64,000 nt of DNA from positions 13,196-77,195 of the forward strand of contig JAKJDL010000006.1 of the NCBI GenBank assembly GCA_022705945.1, given 5' to 3'. The notes under the pieces are model-generated. The model worked only from the letters and a program-made list of their open reading frames with translations, made no database searches and was not told the origin of the DNA. This stretch comes from Candidatus Omnitrophota bacterium (lineage in GTDB: Bacteria > Omnitrophota > Omnitrophia > Omnitrophales > Aquincolibacteriaceae). Made by a program: the position numbers and the translations under genes. Numbering within the stretch: position 1 is the stretch's first letter; every line of letters starts with the position of its first letter. This document shows positions 45,382 to 54,190 of this stretch, one piece after another.

Positions 45382-46584
45382 TCAGCCCGCTTTCGTAATA
45401 AAAAAAGGCATAAGCTCCGTGCTCTTGCCAATCCTCAGTTCCGAGGTTTTGGCCGCAACTTCGGAAAAACGCTCGATCTCATCCGCCATGATATTCTTGC
45501 CGAACACGGCAAAAGGGGCGGCATCCCTCACAACCGAACGGATCTTCCAGAGGGTCGCATGACAGGGAGTAACAAGTATCCTCGCTTCCTTCTGCCGTTC
45601 AAAATATTTTCGCATTTTGGAGAGCACAAAATAGTCGATTGCCTCGATCGCCGAAACCTTGGCTTTCAAATCCCCCGCCCTTCCGGCTTCATCCGGCTGG
45701 TGGAGATAAACGCAGACAAAATCTTTCTCTTCAAGAGCGTCCAAGGCAACTTTGGAGATCTTATCGTAAAAAACCGCGGGATCCTCGTTTTCCTCCCTGG
45801 TTTCCATCACCGTAAGCCCCGCCAGACGGCCGAGCCCCTTGGCGTATTCACGTGAAGCGACCATTGCCCCGCCGGTGATATCAAAAAGCTCCCTGAAAGT
45901 TTTGAGGGAAGGTTTTTTCCCCTGTCCCCACAGCCATATCATGTTCGCCGGGTTCTCTCCAAGGTCCACGCGAACCTGGTTAATCTCATGGTCCTGGAGC
46001 AAAAGGCGCGCATCAAACATAAGCTTGCGGAGCAGTTCTTCCCCGGGACCCTTGGGAAGAACGGACTCGATCTTCTGGCCTATCACGTTTTCGGGACAAT
46101 TTGACTTCGCGGAAAGGGCTTCAAACCCGTGAGCGTCCTTGATCACCGCGATGTGCCGATGGGCGCTTCCGGCAAAAAAGCGAACAAACTCGCTCGAAAC
46201 TTTCTTGTTCAGAAAATTCACAAGTGCTTTGGCCTCTTTCGTGCTGATTCCTCCGGCCGTTGAGTCCGCAAGGATTCCCCCCGCCTCGGTGATAAAGTTC
46301 ATACAAAAAGCGACTTCCTTATCATCCAGCTTCAGTTCGAGATTAGCCGCTTCCAGAGGCCCGCGGCCCGTGTAAAACTTGCTCTCATAACCGAGCATCT
46401 CGAAAAGGCTTGCGTCAGGAGAAAGAGGCAGACGGTCCGAAAGCAATTTAGCGGTGCCGACCTTGCCTGATTTGGCAAAGAAAGAAAGATGGGGGATCTT
46501 TGCGACCTCAAGCGGTGTTTTGCCGCCAAGCTCGTCCGCGGGATGATCGGCAGCGCCTGAAAGCACGACTACGATATATTTCAT
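45382..46584 (-). CDS. cofactor-independent phosphoglycerate mutase (ApgM-type) family protein; candidate non-canonical homoserine kinase
   Basis: 400 aa, ApgM/metalloenzyme-superfamily-like. Located between lysC and thrC-hom where thrB would be expected. No canonical GHMP-kinase thrB in the window. Confidence 0.7.
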   Translation of the reverse strand: MKYIVVVLSGAADHPADELGGKTPLEVAKIPHLSFFAKSGKVGTAKLLSDRLPLSPDASLFEMLGYESKFYTGRGPLEAANLELKLDDKEVAFCMNFITEAGGILADSTAGGISTKEAKALVNFLNKKVSSEFVRFFAGSAHRHIAVIKDAHGFEALSAKSNCPENVIGQKIESVLPKGPGEELLRKLMFDARLLLQDHEINQVRVDLGENPANMIWLWGQGKKPSLKTFRELFDITGGAMVASREYAKGLGRLAGLTVMETREENEDPAVFYDKISKVALDALEEKDFVCVYLHQPDEAGRAGDLKAKVSAIEAIDYFVLSKMRKYFERQKEARILVTPCHATLWKIRSVVRDAAPFAVFGKNIMADEIERFSEVAAKTSELRIGKSTELMPFFITKAG

Positions 46585-47654
46585 GAACCCACAGCCTCCT
46601 TTACGGCATCAAGATCGGCTTCTATCGTATAGACAGGATCATTAAAACTCAAGGCGAAATCAGGATCTTTGAGCCCCGCGCCCGTCAGCGTAATCACGAT
46701 CCGGCTTCCTTCTTTAAAATAGTTCCTTTGCGCAAGCCTGATTACCCCGGCTACCGGCGCCGCGCTGGCGGGTTCCGCGAACACGCCTTCACGCTCGGCA
46801 AGGAATCGGTAAGCTTTTGTTATTTCCTCATCCGTAACCATATCGATCAATCCCCCCGATTCGTCACGCGCGGCGACGGCACCCTGCCAGCTTGCGGGAT
46901 TGCCGATACGGATCGCGGTCGCTATCGTCTCCGGCTTTGCGACCGGATGTCCCAACACAATCGGAGCGGAACCCGCGGCCTGGAAACCGAGCATTTGGGG
47001 AAGCGTTCCGGATTTTCCGGCTTTTTTATATTCCTTGTAGCCCTTCCAATACGCCGTAATGTTCCCCGCGTTCCCGACGGGAATGGCATGGTATTCCGGC
47101 GCGTCTCCGAGATCGTCCACGATCTCGAAAGCAGCGGTCTTCTGCCCTTCAATGCGATACGGATTGATCGAATTGACAAGCGTGATCTTCCCGTCCCCGG
47201 TCACTTCTTTCACGAGCTCAAGCGCCTGGTCAAAATTGCCTCTGATCATCAGCGTTTTCGCGCCGTAACGGAACGCCTGAAGCAGTTTTCCTTTCGCGAT
47301 CTTCCCTTCGGGGATCAGCACATAGCATTTGAGCCCGCAACGGGTCGCGTAGGCCGCCGCTGAAGCGGACGTGTTCCCCGTGGACGCGCACATCACCGCT
47401 TTGGAACCGGCCTCGACGGCTTTCGAGATGGCCATCGTCATGCCCCTGTCTTTGAAGGAACCGGTCGGATTTAATCCTTCAAATTTATAATAGATCCGGA
47501 CATTTTTAAGACCAAGCTCCGCGGGTAAAGCTTCGGCCGGGATAAGCGGCGTATTTCCCTCATTGAGCGAAACGATCGGTGTTTTGTCCGTTACGGGAAG
47601 GTATTCCCGAAACCTCTCGATGATCCCTGTTTTCTTGACGGCGTGTTTACTCAT
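46581..47654 (-). CDS. thrC: threonine synthase
   Basis: PLP-binding TGSFKDRG lysine motif, fold-type II PLP enzyme. Confidence 0.9.
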   Translation of the reverse strand: MSKHAVKKTGIIERFREYLPVTDKTPIVSLNEGNTPLIPAEALPAELGLKNVRIYYKFEGLNPTGSFKDRGMTMAISKAVEAGSKAVMCASTGNTSASAAAYATRCGLKCYVLIPEGKIAKGKLLQAFRYGAKTLMIRGNFDQALELVKEVTGDGKITLVNSINPYRIEGQKTAAFEIVDDLGDAPEYHAIPVGNAGNITAYWKGYKEYKKAGKSGTLPQMLGFQAAGSAPIVLGHPVAKPETIATAIRIGNPASWQGAVAARDESGGLIDMVTDEEITKAYRFLAEREGVFAEPASAAPVAGVIRLAQRNYFKEGSRIVITLTGAGLKDPDFALSFNDPVYTIEADLDAVKEAVGS

Positions 47655-48952
47655 GACCCGGCTTCCTCAATCCGGATAACCTGGGATTTACCTTTGACAA
47701 AGCTCAGCCTATCGATCACTCTGATCGCGGCACGCACATCCTTCTCGGGGGCCTCGTGAGTCAAAAGAATGAGAGGCACGACCTTGCCGACGCTCCGCTC
47801 CCTCTGGATCATATCCGAAATACTGACTTTATGTCTTCCGAGGATCTTCGAGATCCCGGCAAGCACGCCCGGCTGGTCGATCACATAGAATCGCAGGTAA
47901 TACCGGGACAGGATTGTTGTAATGCTTTTAATCTCGATCTCCGAACCAAGGGCGCGGATCACGGTCTCATCATCAACAGGCCCGTCGATATCTCTTTTCG
48001 AGATATCCATAAGGTCCGCGATCACGGCGCTTGCGGTCGGATGCGGCCCGGCCCCGCGGCCGTAGAACATGACATCCCCCGTTTCATCCCCGCGCAGCAT
48101 GACCGCGTTGAACGATTGATTTACACTCGCGAGAATGTGCGTCTTCGGGAGAAGCGTGGGCTGGACGCGGGCTTCCACACCGTTTTTGCTTTTCTTGGCG
48201 ATCGCGAGAAGCTTGATCACGTAACCGAACTCTTTGGCGAAAGCGATATCATCGCTTGAGATGCGGGTAATGCCCTCCGAATAAATGTCGCTGAATTTTA
48301 CCCGCCCGCCGAAAGCAAACCGGACGAGGATCGCAAGCTTATGAGCCGCGTCAACTCCCTCGATATCCAAAGTCGGATCTGCTTCGGCATAGCCTTTCTT
48401 CTGGGCTCCCTTTAGGGCTTCGGCAAAATCCATCCCGGTCTCCGTCATCTGGGTCAGGATATAGTTCGTAGTTCCGTTGATGATCGCGTAGATGGATTCG
48501 ATATTGTTGGCCACAAGACCTTCCCGGAGTGCTTTGAGACACGGTATCCCGCCGCCCACGCTCGCCTCAAAACAGATCCAGCGGCGCATCCTGTGAGCCA
48601 GTTCAAAGATCTCGTCGCCGTGCTCCGCCAACAAAGCCTTGTTCGCGGTTACGACATGTTTTCCTTCCTTGAAGGCGGTCTTGATGATCTCCCCGGAAAA
48701 AGTTGTCCCCCCGATCAGTTCCACAACCACATCAACCGAAGGATCACGGACAACATCAAAAGCATCTTTCGTCACGAGAGACTGCGGAGGCCTGACCTTA
48801 CGCCTGCGATTGGGATATTTCTCGGCAATCCGGACAATCTCGAAAGAAACTCCGAGCTGTTTCTCGAATTGCCTTTTTTTGGAGATCAGGATCTCGTAGA
48901 GACCGCTTCCTATCTGACCCAACCCGAGAAGTCCAATGCGGATTTTTTTCAT
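47651..48952 (-). CDS. hom: homoserine dehydrogenase with C-terminal ACT domain
   Basis: IRIGLLGLGQIGSG NAD-binding motif, homoserine DH catalytic domain, ACT domain. Confidence 0.9.
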   Translation of the reverse strand: MKKIRIGLLGLGQIGSGLYEILISKKRQFEKQLGVSFEIVRIAEKYPNRRRKVRPPQSLVTKDAFDVVRDPSVDVVVELIGGTTFSGEIIKTAFKEGKHVVTANKALLAEHGDEIFELAHRMRRWICFEASVGGGIPCLKALREGLVANNIESIYAIINGTTNYILTQMTETGMDFAEALKGAQKKGYAEADPTLDIEGVDAAHKLAILVRFAFGGRVKFSDIYSEGITRISSDDIAFAKEFGYVIKLLAIAKKSKNGVEARVQPTLLPKTHILASVNQSFNAVMLRGDETGDVMFYGRGAGPHPTASAVIADLMDISKRDIDGPVDDETVIRALGSEIEIKSITTILSRYYLRFYVIDQPGVLAGISKILGRHKVSISDMIQRERSVGKVVPLILLTHEAPEKDVRAAIRVIDRLSFVKGKSQVIRIEEAGS

Positions 48953-49147
48953 TTTTTTATGCCCCGGATAGACTTAAGTTATGATGGTCGCTTCATTTAA
49001 GAAAATCGAGGTAGTATATCGCAGGCGGATTCAAAAATCAAACAGGGTTATCCTTGGCTTTTTTTTTCAAAAACAATGATGTATACTCACTCCTGTCCGG
49101 CATTCCGGCCGGCCTTAATTTTAAAACCGCAAGAAAGGATTATTTTC

Positions 49148-49570
49148 ATGAAGAAAAGATCCGCCGTTCTCCTCCTCGTCCTGGCGATTTTCGTCAACTT
49201 CGGGATGGCCCGTCAGGGCCAATACGATGAAGATGCCCGCGAACAGGAGAGACTTCAAAGGCAAATGGCCCAGGAAGCCGGGCAAACTTCAACCCGTCCC
49301 GTAAGAAATATCGCTTCCGGAATTAAAGAAATCACCTATGACAACGTGCGTGACGTCACCAAGGACACGGCGAAAGCCACCGCTCATGAAGCTCCTGTGG
49401 TCGGAACACTGGACGGGAGTCAGAAGGCAAGTGAAAAAGTCGTCGATAACACGATCCGCGGAGTCAAGAAGGTCGCTTCCCTCGGTCTCGCCAGGGACGA
49501 CAGCTATTCGATTGAAGAGGCTGAAAAAGGTTCGGGCGACGCCGCCAAGATCAAACTCTTTCAGTTCTAA
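49148..49570 (+). CDS. small secreted hypothetical protein
   Basis: MKKRSAVLLLVLAIFVNFGMA signal peptide. Start at the internal Met of track ORF 49076..49570. Confidence 0.5.
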   Translation: MKKRSAVLLLVLAIFVNFGMARQGQYDEDAREQERLQRQMAQEAGQTSTRPVRNIASGIKEITYDNVRDVTKDTAKATAHEAPVVGTLDGSQKASEKVVDNTIRGVKKVASLGLARDDSYSIEEAEKGSGDAAKIKLFQF

Positions 49571-49595
49571 AACCAATCTCTCCAAAAACTTAAAA

Positions 49596-49628
49596 GGCAG
49601 GCGGAAAAAATTCCGCCTGCCTTTTTTA
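49596..49628. terminator. bidirectional rho-independent terminator (GGCAGGCGG-loop-CCGCCTGCC flanked by A/T runs)
   Basis: aaaaGGCAGGCGGaaaaaattCCGCCTGCCtttttt, between the convergent small gene and msbA. Confidence 0.6.
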
Positions 49629-49670
49629 ATATCTTCTGCCGCAAACCTCCGGTCTTTCGGAGAACCCCGG

Positions 49671-51506
49671 TCAAAGATTGAACTGAAGATCGTAAAGCTT
49701 TTTGTAAACACCGCCAAGCCGGAGAAGAAACTCATTTGTCCCCTGCTGGACGATCTTGCCTTTCTCCATCACAAGAATACGGTTCGCTTTTTGAACGGTC
49801 GAAAGACGGTGAGCAATCACAAAAACGGTTCGCGCCTTCATAAGGTTCTCGAGAGCACCTTGGACTTCCTGCTCGCTTTGTGTGTCAAGATGCGATGTCG
49901 CCTCATCAAGGATAAGTATGGGCGGATCCTTCAGAAGAGCCCTTGCGATAGCGAGCCTCTGCCGCTCCCCTCCTGAAAGTTTAAGTCCCCGCTCTCCGAG
50001 CTGGGTGTTATAGCCGTCGGGAAGGGCCTTGATAAAGTGATCCGCGTAGGCGATCGCCGCGGCTTTTTCGATATCTTCCAGCTTCGCGTCCGGGCGGCCG
50101 TAGGCGATATTTTCACGGATCGAACAGTTGAAGAGTACGGTCTCCTGCGAGACAATGCCTATCATATTACGCAAGGAGTGAAGCGTCAGGTCCCGGATAT
50201 CCCTGCCGTTGATCTTGATGGCCCCCCGCACCGGATCATAAAAACGGAGCAAAAGACTCACAAGCGTGGTCTTGCCCGAACCGCTCGCGCCCACGATCGC
50301 GATCACCTCATTATGTTTGGCCTTGATGTCAATCCCGTCAAGGACGGGAGTTCCCTTTTCATATTCAAAACTGATATTTTCATAGACAACTTCACGGACG
50401 GATTCCCCGAAAACAACGGCGTCGGGTTTATCCTGAATGCTAGGCTTCGCGTCAAGCACCTCAAAAATACGCTGTCCGGATGCAATGGACTGCTGGATCG
50501 TGCTGTTGACCTTGCTGATTTTCTTCAGGGGTTCGTAAAAAATAAAGAGCGAACCCACGAAGGCGACAAAACGGTCCGGCGGAAGGTATTTGATACCGAA
50601 TCCGACAGCCACCGCCGCACCAACCGCTCCCATGATTTCGATCAGGGGCCGCTGAATGATCGTGACCTTGATGGTCTTCCGGAAATATTCAAAAACGCTT
50701 TTATTGATCTCCTCAAAACGTCCTATCTCTTTTTCCTCACGGCAAAAAGCCTTCACGATGTGGAATCCCGAAAGCGTCTCGCCGATAAAGGACGTGATGT
50801 CGCCCGTCCGTTCCTGCATGGATTTGGTAAGCCTCCGGAGACGTTTGCCGAGGATCGTGATCGGGATCGCGACCAGCGGGAAAATCACGATCGCGAAAAG
50901 AGCGTATTTGCCGCCCCAGATAAAGACCCACGGGATATTGAAAAGTATCACAAGCGGCTGTTTCACAAGGTCCACGATCACGTCCGTAATCGCGCCCTGG
51001 ATCTGGCCGACGTCGTTCAGAATGCGGGAAAGGAAATCTCCCGTGCGCCCCCTGGAATAAAAATCATGGGAAAGATAAACCAGATGACGGTACAGATCGT
51101 CGCGCACCTTGCGGATCGCCCGGATCCCGATATTCGACATTTGATAATTGGAAAGGTAGTCGAAAAATCCCCGGAGGAAGAAAACCCCGACCATGATGAA
51201 AGGTATCCAGAAAACCGGGAACGCGACGGATGAAAGGAACGGGATGTGGGGCAGGTTATCGAGACGGACCTCATTTTTATTATGAAGACCGTTCACGATG
51301 ATATAAAGGGTCGCCGACACAAGAGAATTGGCAACCGAATAGGCAAACATTGCGAGGATGGCAACGCAAAGCCGCCAACGGTGAGGCTTGACATAGGCTA
51401 GTAGCCGCTTGTAGATGTCCATAAGGTCCGACACTGTAACATATTCGTTGACACGGCTCAAGGTTATGCTTTTAATAGCTTTTCTCGGGGATTCGCTCCC
51501 GTTCAT
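49671..51506 (-). CDS. msbA: ABC transporter permease/ATPase fusion, MsbA-like lipid A exporter
   Basis: 6-TM domain plus NBD with GASGSGKTT Walker A, LSGGERQRLAIARAL signature, ILILDEATSHLD Walker B. Confidence 0.85.
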   Translation of the reverse strand: MNGSESPRKAIKSITLSRVNEYVTVSDLMDIYKRLLAYVKPHRWRLCVAILAMFAYSVANSLVSATLYIIVNGLHNKNEVRLDNLPHIPFLSSVAFPVFWIPFIMVGVFFLRGFFDYLSNYQMSNIGIRAIRKVRDDLYRHLVYLSHDFYSRGRTGDFLSRILNDVGQIQGAITDVIVDLVKQPLVILFNIPWVFIWGGKYALFAIVIFPLVAIPITILGKRLRRLTKSMQERTGDITSFIGETLSGFHIVKAFCREEKEIGRFEEINKSVFEYFRKTIKVTIIQRPLIEIMGAVGAAVAVGFGIKYLPPDRFVAFVGSLFIFYEPLKKISKVNSTIQQSIASGQRIFEVLDAKPSIQDKPDAVVFGESVREVVYENISFEYEKGTPVLDGIDIKAKHNEVIAIVGASGSGKTTLVSLLLRFYDPVRGAIKINGRDIRDLTLHSLRNMIGIVSQETVLFNCSIRENIAYGRPDAKLEDIEKAAAIAYADHFIKALPDGYNTQLGERGLKLSGGERQRLAIARALLKDPPILILDEATSHLDTQSEQEVQGALENLMKARTVFVIAHRLSTVQKANRILVMEKGKIVQQGTNEFLLRLGGVYKKLYDLQFNL

Positions 51507-51553
51507 GCATTAAACGCATCACCGGATAATTTTTGAATACAAAAAGGTTTGGG

Positions 51554-52492
51554 ATGGAAAAAAAGATCAAGGTCGGCGTTATCGGCATCGGACATCTTGG
51601 AAAAGAACACGCCCGAATTTACAGCCAGCTTCCCGAGTGCAGCCTCGTCGGGATCTCGGACCTTGATCCGGCTAAGGCCGACAAGGCCAAAGAACTCGGG
51701 ACGGTTTATTTCAAAGACTACCGGGATCTCATCGGGAAAGTGGATGCCGTCAGCGTCGCGACGCCCACCTGCACCCATTTCACGATCGCCAGGGAATTCC
51801 TTCAAAACAAGGTCCACACCCTTGTCGAAAAACCGATCACACTCAGAACCGAAGAGGCGGACGAGCTGATCGATCTTTCCAGAAAAAACCGCTGCGCCCT
51901 CCAGGTCGGCCATATCGAAAGGCACAACCCCGGCTTCAAGCGAGTTCAGGAGATCACGAAAAACACGCGCTTCCTCGAAATCCACCGCCTCGGCCCCTTC
52001 ACGGGACGGATCAACGACTGCGGTGTCGTCCTCGACCTTATGATCCACGACCTTGATATCGTACTCAGTCTTGTCGGTTCCGAGGTCGCAAGTTTTGACG
52101 CGCTGGGAGTCAATGTTTTAACGCCGTTTGAGGACATCGCAAACGTGCGGCTTAAATTTAAGAATGGCGCCGTTGCGAATATCACGGCCTCGCGGCTGAC
52201 GTTCGAAAAGCAGAGAAAGATCCGCATTTTCCAGGAAGACGCCTATATCTCTCTCGATTACGGCGCGCAGACCGGAAAGATCATCCGGAAATCCGGAAGC
52301 GAGATCCTCCAGGAAGACGTTTCCATCGAAAAAGCCGAACCTCTCAAGGAAGAACTGTGCTTTTTCCTCTCCGGCATTGCGTCGGGCACCAGTTTGGGGA
52401 AACCCGACACCGCGGCACGGAACGCTCTGGCTCTCGCGATCGATATCGTCAAAATGATCCAGGAAAACCAGCCCAAGCCCGCGGCGCGTTAA
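51554..52492 (+). CDS. Gfo/Idh/MocA-family NAD(P)-dependent oxidoreductase
   Basis: IKVGVIGIGHLGKEHARIY Rossmann motif, EKP motif (LVEKPITL). Start at the internal ATG with AAAGG SD. Confidence 0.8.
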   Translation: MEKKIKVGVIGIGHLGKEHARIYSQLPECSLVGISDLDPAKADKAKELGTVYFKDYRDLIGKVDAVSVATPTCTHFTIAREFLQNKVHTLVEKPITLRTEEADELIDLSRKNRCALQVGHIERHNPGFKRVQEITKNTRFLEIHRLGPFTGRINDCGVVLDLMIHDLDIVLSLVGSEVASFDALGVNVLTPFEDIANVRLKFKNGAVANITASRLTFEKQRKIRIFQEDAYISLDYGAQTGKIIRKSGSEILQEDVSIEKAEPLKEELCFFLSGIASGTSLGKPDTAARNALALAIDIVKMIQENQPKPAAR

Positions 52493-52496
52493 TACA

Positions 52497-53636
52497 ATGC
52501 CAAAAAAGATTTTCATCATCGCCTGCGAGGCCTCGGCCGATCTCCACGGTGCTCATCTCACGGAAGAGCTCGGAAAACTCATGCCCGACGCCGAGTTCTG
52601 CGGCCACGGAGGACACCGGATGCAAACCTCCGGCGTCAGGATTTTTCACGACATGACCCGGATCGCGGCCCTCGGACTGGGCGATGTCCTTCGCAATTAC
52701 CTGAAATACCGGAAGATCTTTCACGAGACGACCGACCTTATTAAAAAAGAAAAACCGGATGTCCTCGTCGCTATCGACTCCCCGGCATTCAACCTCCGGC
52801 TGGCAAAAAAAGTCTCCAAGCTGGTCCCGATCGTTTATTTCATTTCGCCCCAGCTCTGGGCGTGGGGGAAACGTCGCATCCACATCATCAAAAAACATAT
52901 CCGGGAAATGCTCGTGATCCTTCCTTTTGAGCAGGATTTCTATGAAAAGGAAGGCGTGCCCGTCAAGTTCGTGGGACATCCCCTCCTCGACGCGATCCCG
53001 GAGCTTCCCGACACCAAAATGCTTCGGGGAAAACTCGGTATCCCGGAAGGCCGGAAGGCTATCGGCCTTTTTTCAGGATCACGCGAAAAAGAGGTAAAGC
53101 GAATCCTGCCCGTCATGCTGCAGAGCGCGGCCATCCTTGAAAAGGATTTCCCGGAAACTCTTTTTTTTGTTTCCCGATCCCCGAACGTCCGGAACGAAAT
53201 TTACGATGAGATCATTTCGGGAGCGCAAGTTACCGCAACCACCCCGAAGATGCCGTTTTATGAGCTCGTAAGGGCCGTGGATTTCGCACTCGTTACATCA
53301 GGAACCGCTACCCTCGAAACTGCCCTGATCGGTACTCCGTTCTTCCTTCTTTATAAAACGGGACGTCTCACCTATTTCATAGGTAAACACCTCGTCAAGG
53401 TCCCCTACCTCGGTCTCGTCAACCTGCTCGCCAAAGACAGAGTCGTTCCGGAATTTATCCAGCAGGACGCCCATCCCAAAACGATCGCTCATGAAGCCGG
53501 GGCTTTTCTTAAAAGCGACGAACTCCAGAAAAAAATGAGAGAAGAGTTCCGTCAGGTCCGGAAAGAACTTGGAGAAAAAGGCGCGAGTGTAAAAGCGGCG
53601 AAAGAGATCTTCAAACTTCTGGAGCGGTTTTCGTAA
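52497..53636 (+). CDS. lpxB: lipid-A-disaccharide synthase
   Basis: 379 aa, GT-B fold, N-terminal KIFIIACEASADLHGAHL typical of LpxB. Confidence 0.88.
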   Translation: MPKKIFIIACEASADLHGAHLTEELGKLMPDAEFCGHGGHRMQTSGVRIFHDMTRIAALGLGDVLRNYLKYRKIFHETTDLIKKEKPDVLVAIDSPAFNLRLAKKVSKLVPIVYFISPQLWAWGKRRIHIIKKHIREMLVILPFEQDFYEKEGVPVKFVGHPLLDAIPELPDTKMLRGKLGIPEGRKAIGLFSGSREKEVKRILPVMLQSAAILEKDFPETLFFVSRSPNVRNEIYDEIISGAQVTATTPKMPFYELVRAVDFALVTSGTATLETALIGTPFFLLYKTGRLTYFIGKHLVKVPYLGLVNLLAKDRVVPEFIQQDAHPKTIAHEAGAFLKSDELQKKMREEFRQVRKELGEKGASVKAAKEIFKLLERFS

Positions 53637-53715
53637 AAGGCTTTACTCAAGAAAGTTTCGGCCCAAACCCGGCCCGGATTTTTCCGTTCCGATCCGGCAG
53701 ATGCTGTCCTGACTT

Positions 53716-54072
53716 TCAATCCTTAGCGGAAGGCAGGTGATGCCAGGCAAATTCCGGCTTGAGGATGGGCCTGTAATTTGCCGGATAAGGAACAGGAAAA
53801 GTCACCATTTCATAAACTCCCGTCAACGCGCGCCCTACCGTGAACCAGGCGCCACGCCCGAGACCCGCGAACCAACTCGGGAGGAAAGTGTCGTTCTTTT
53901 TTTCTTTGGCGAGCTCGTTGGATATTTCTATCGGGGAAAGCGCCACGTTCAAAAAACCGCGCTGCAGCTTGCGGAGCATCGTGCCTTCCGGCTCGATCTC
54001 GGCAGCGTGAAGAAAAAAGACGGGGAAAGCGGACAGAATTAAAACAGCGGAAATCCTTAATAAAGTCTTCAT
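53716..54072 (-). CDS. small periplasmic hypothetical protein (signal peptide)
   Basis: MKTLLRISAVLILSAFPVFFLHA signal. Resembles small exosortase-associated periplasmic proteins, but uncertain. Confidence 0.5.
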   Translation of the reverse strand: MKTLLRISAVLILSAFPVFFLHAAEIEPEGTMLRKLQRGFLNVALSPIEISNELAKEKKNDTFLPSWFAGLGRGAWFTVGRALTGVYEMVTFPVPYPANYRPILKPEFAWHHLPSAKD

Positions 54073-54190
54073 AGTTCGGTAATCTAACACCCTTCGCCCA
54101 AAGCAGGCAACTTATTCTTTTCACTTCAGGAAGCCGGGCAAGAAAGCAGAGATTTGCCCGGAGTGAGCCCGCCGGAAAAACGCCGGCGGC

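Noticed and set aside
50037-51233. 398-aa plus-strand ORF
   Set aside because: Antisense to the msbA-like ABC transporter.
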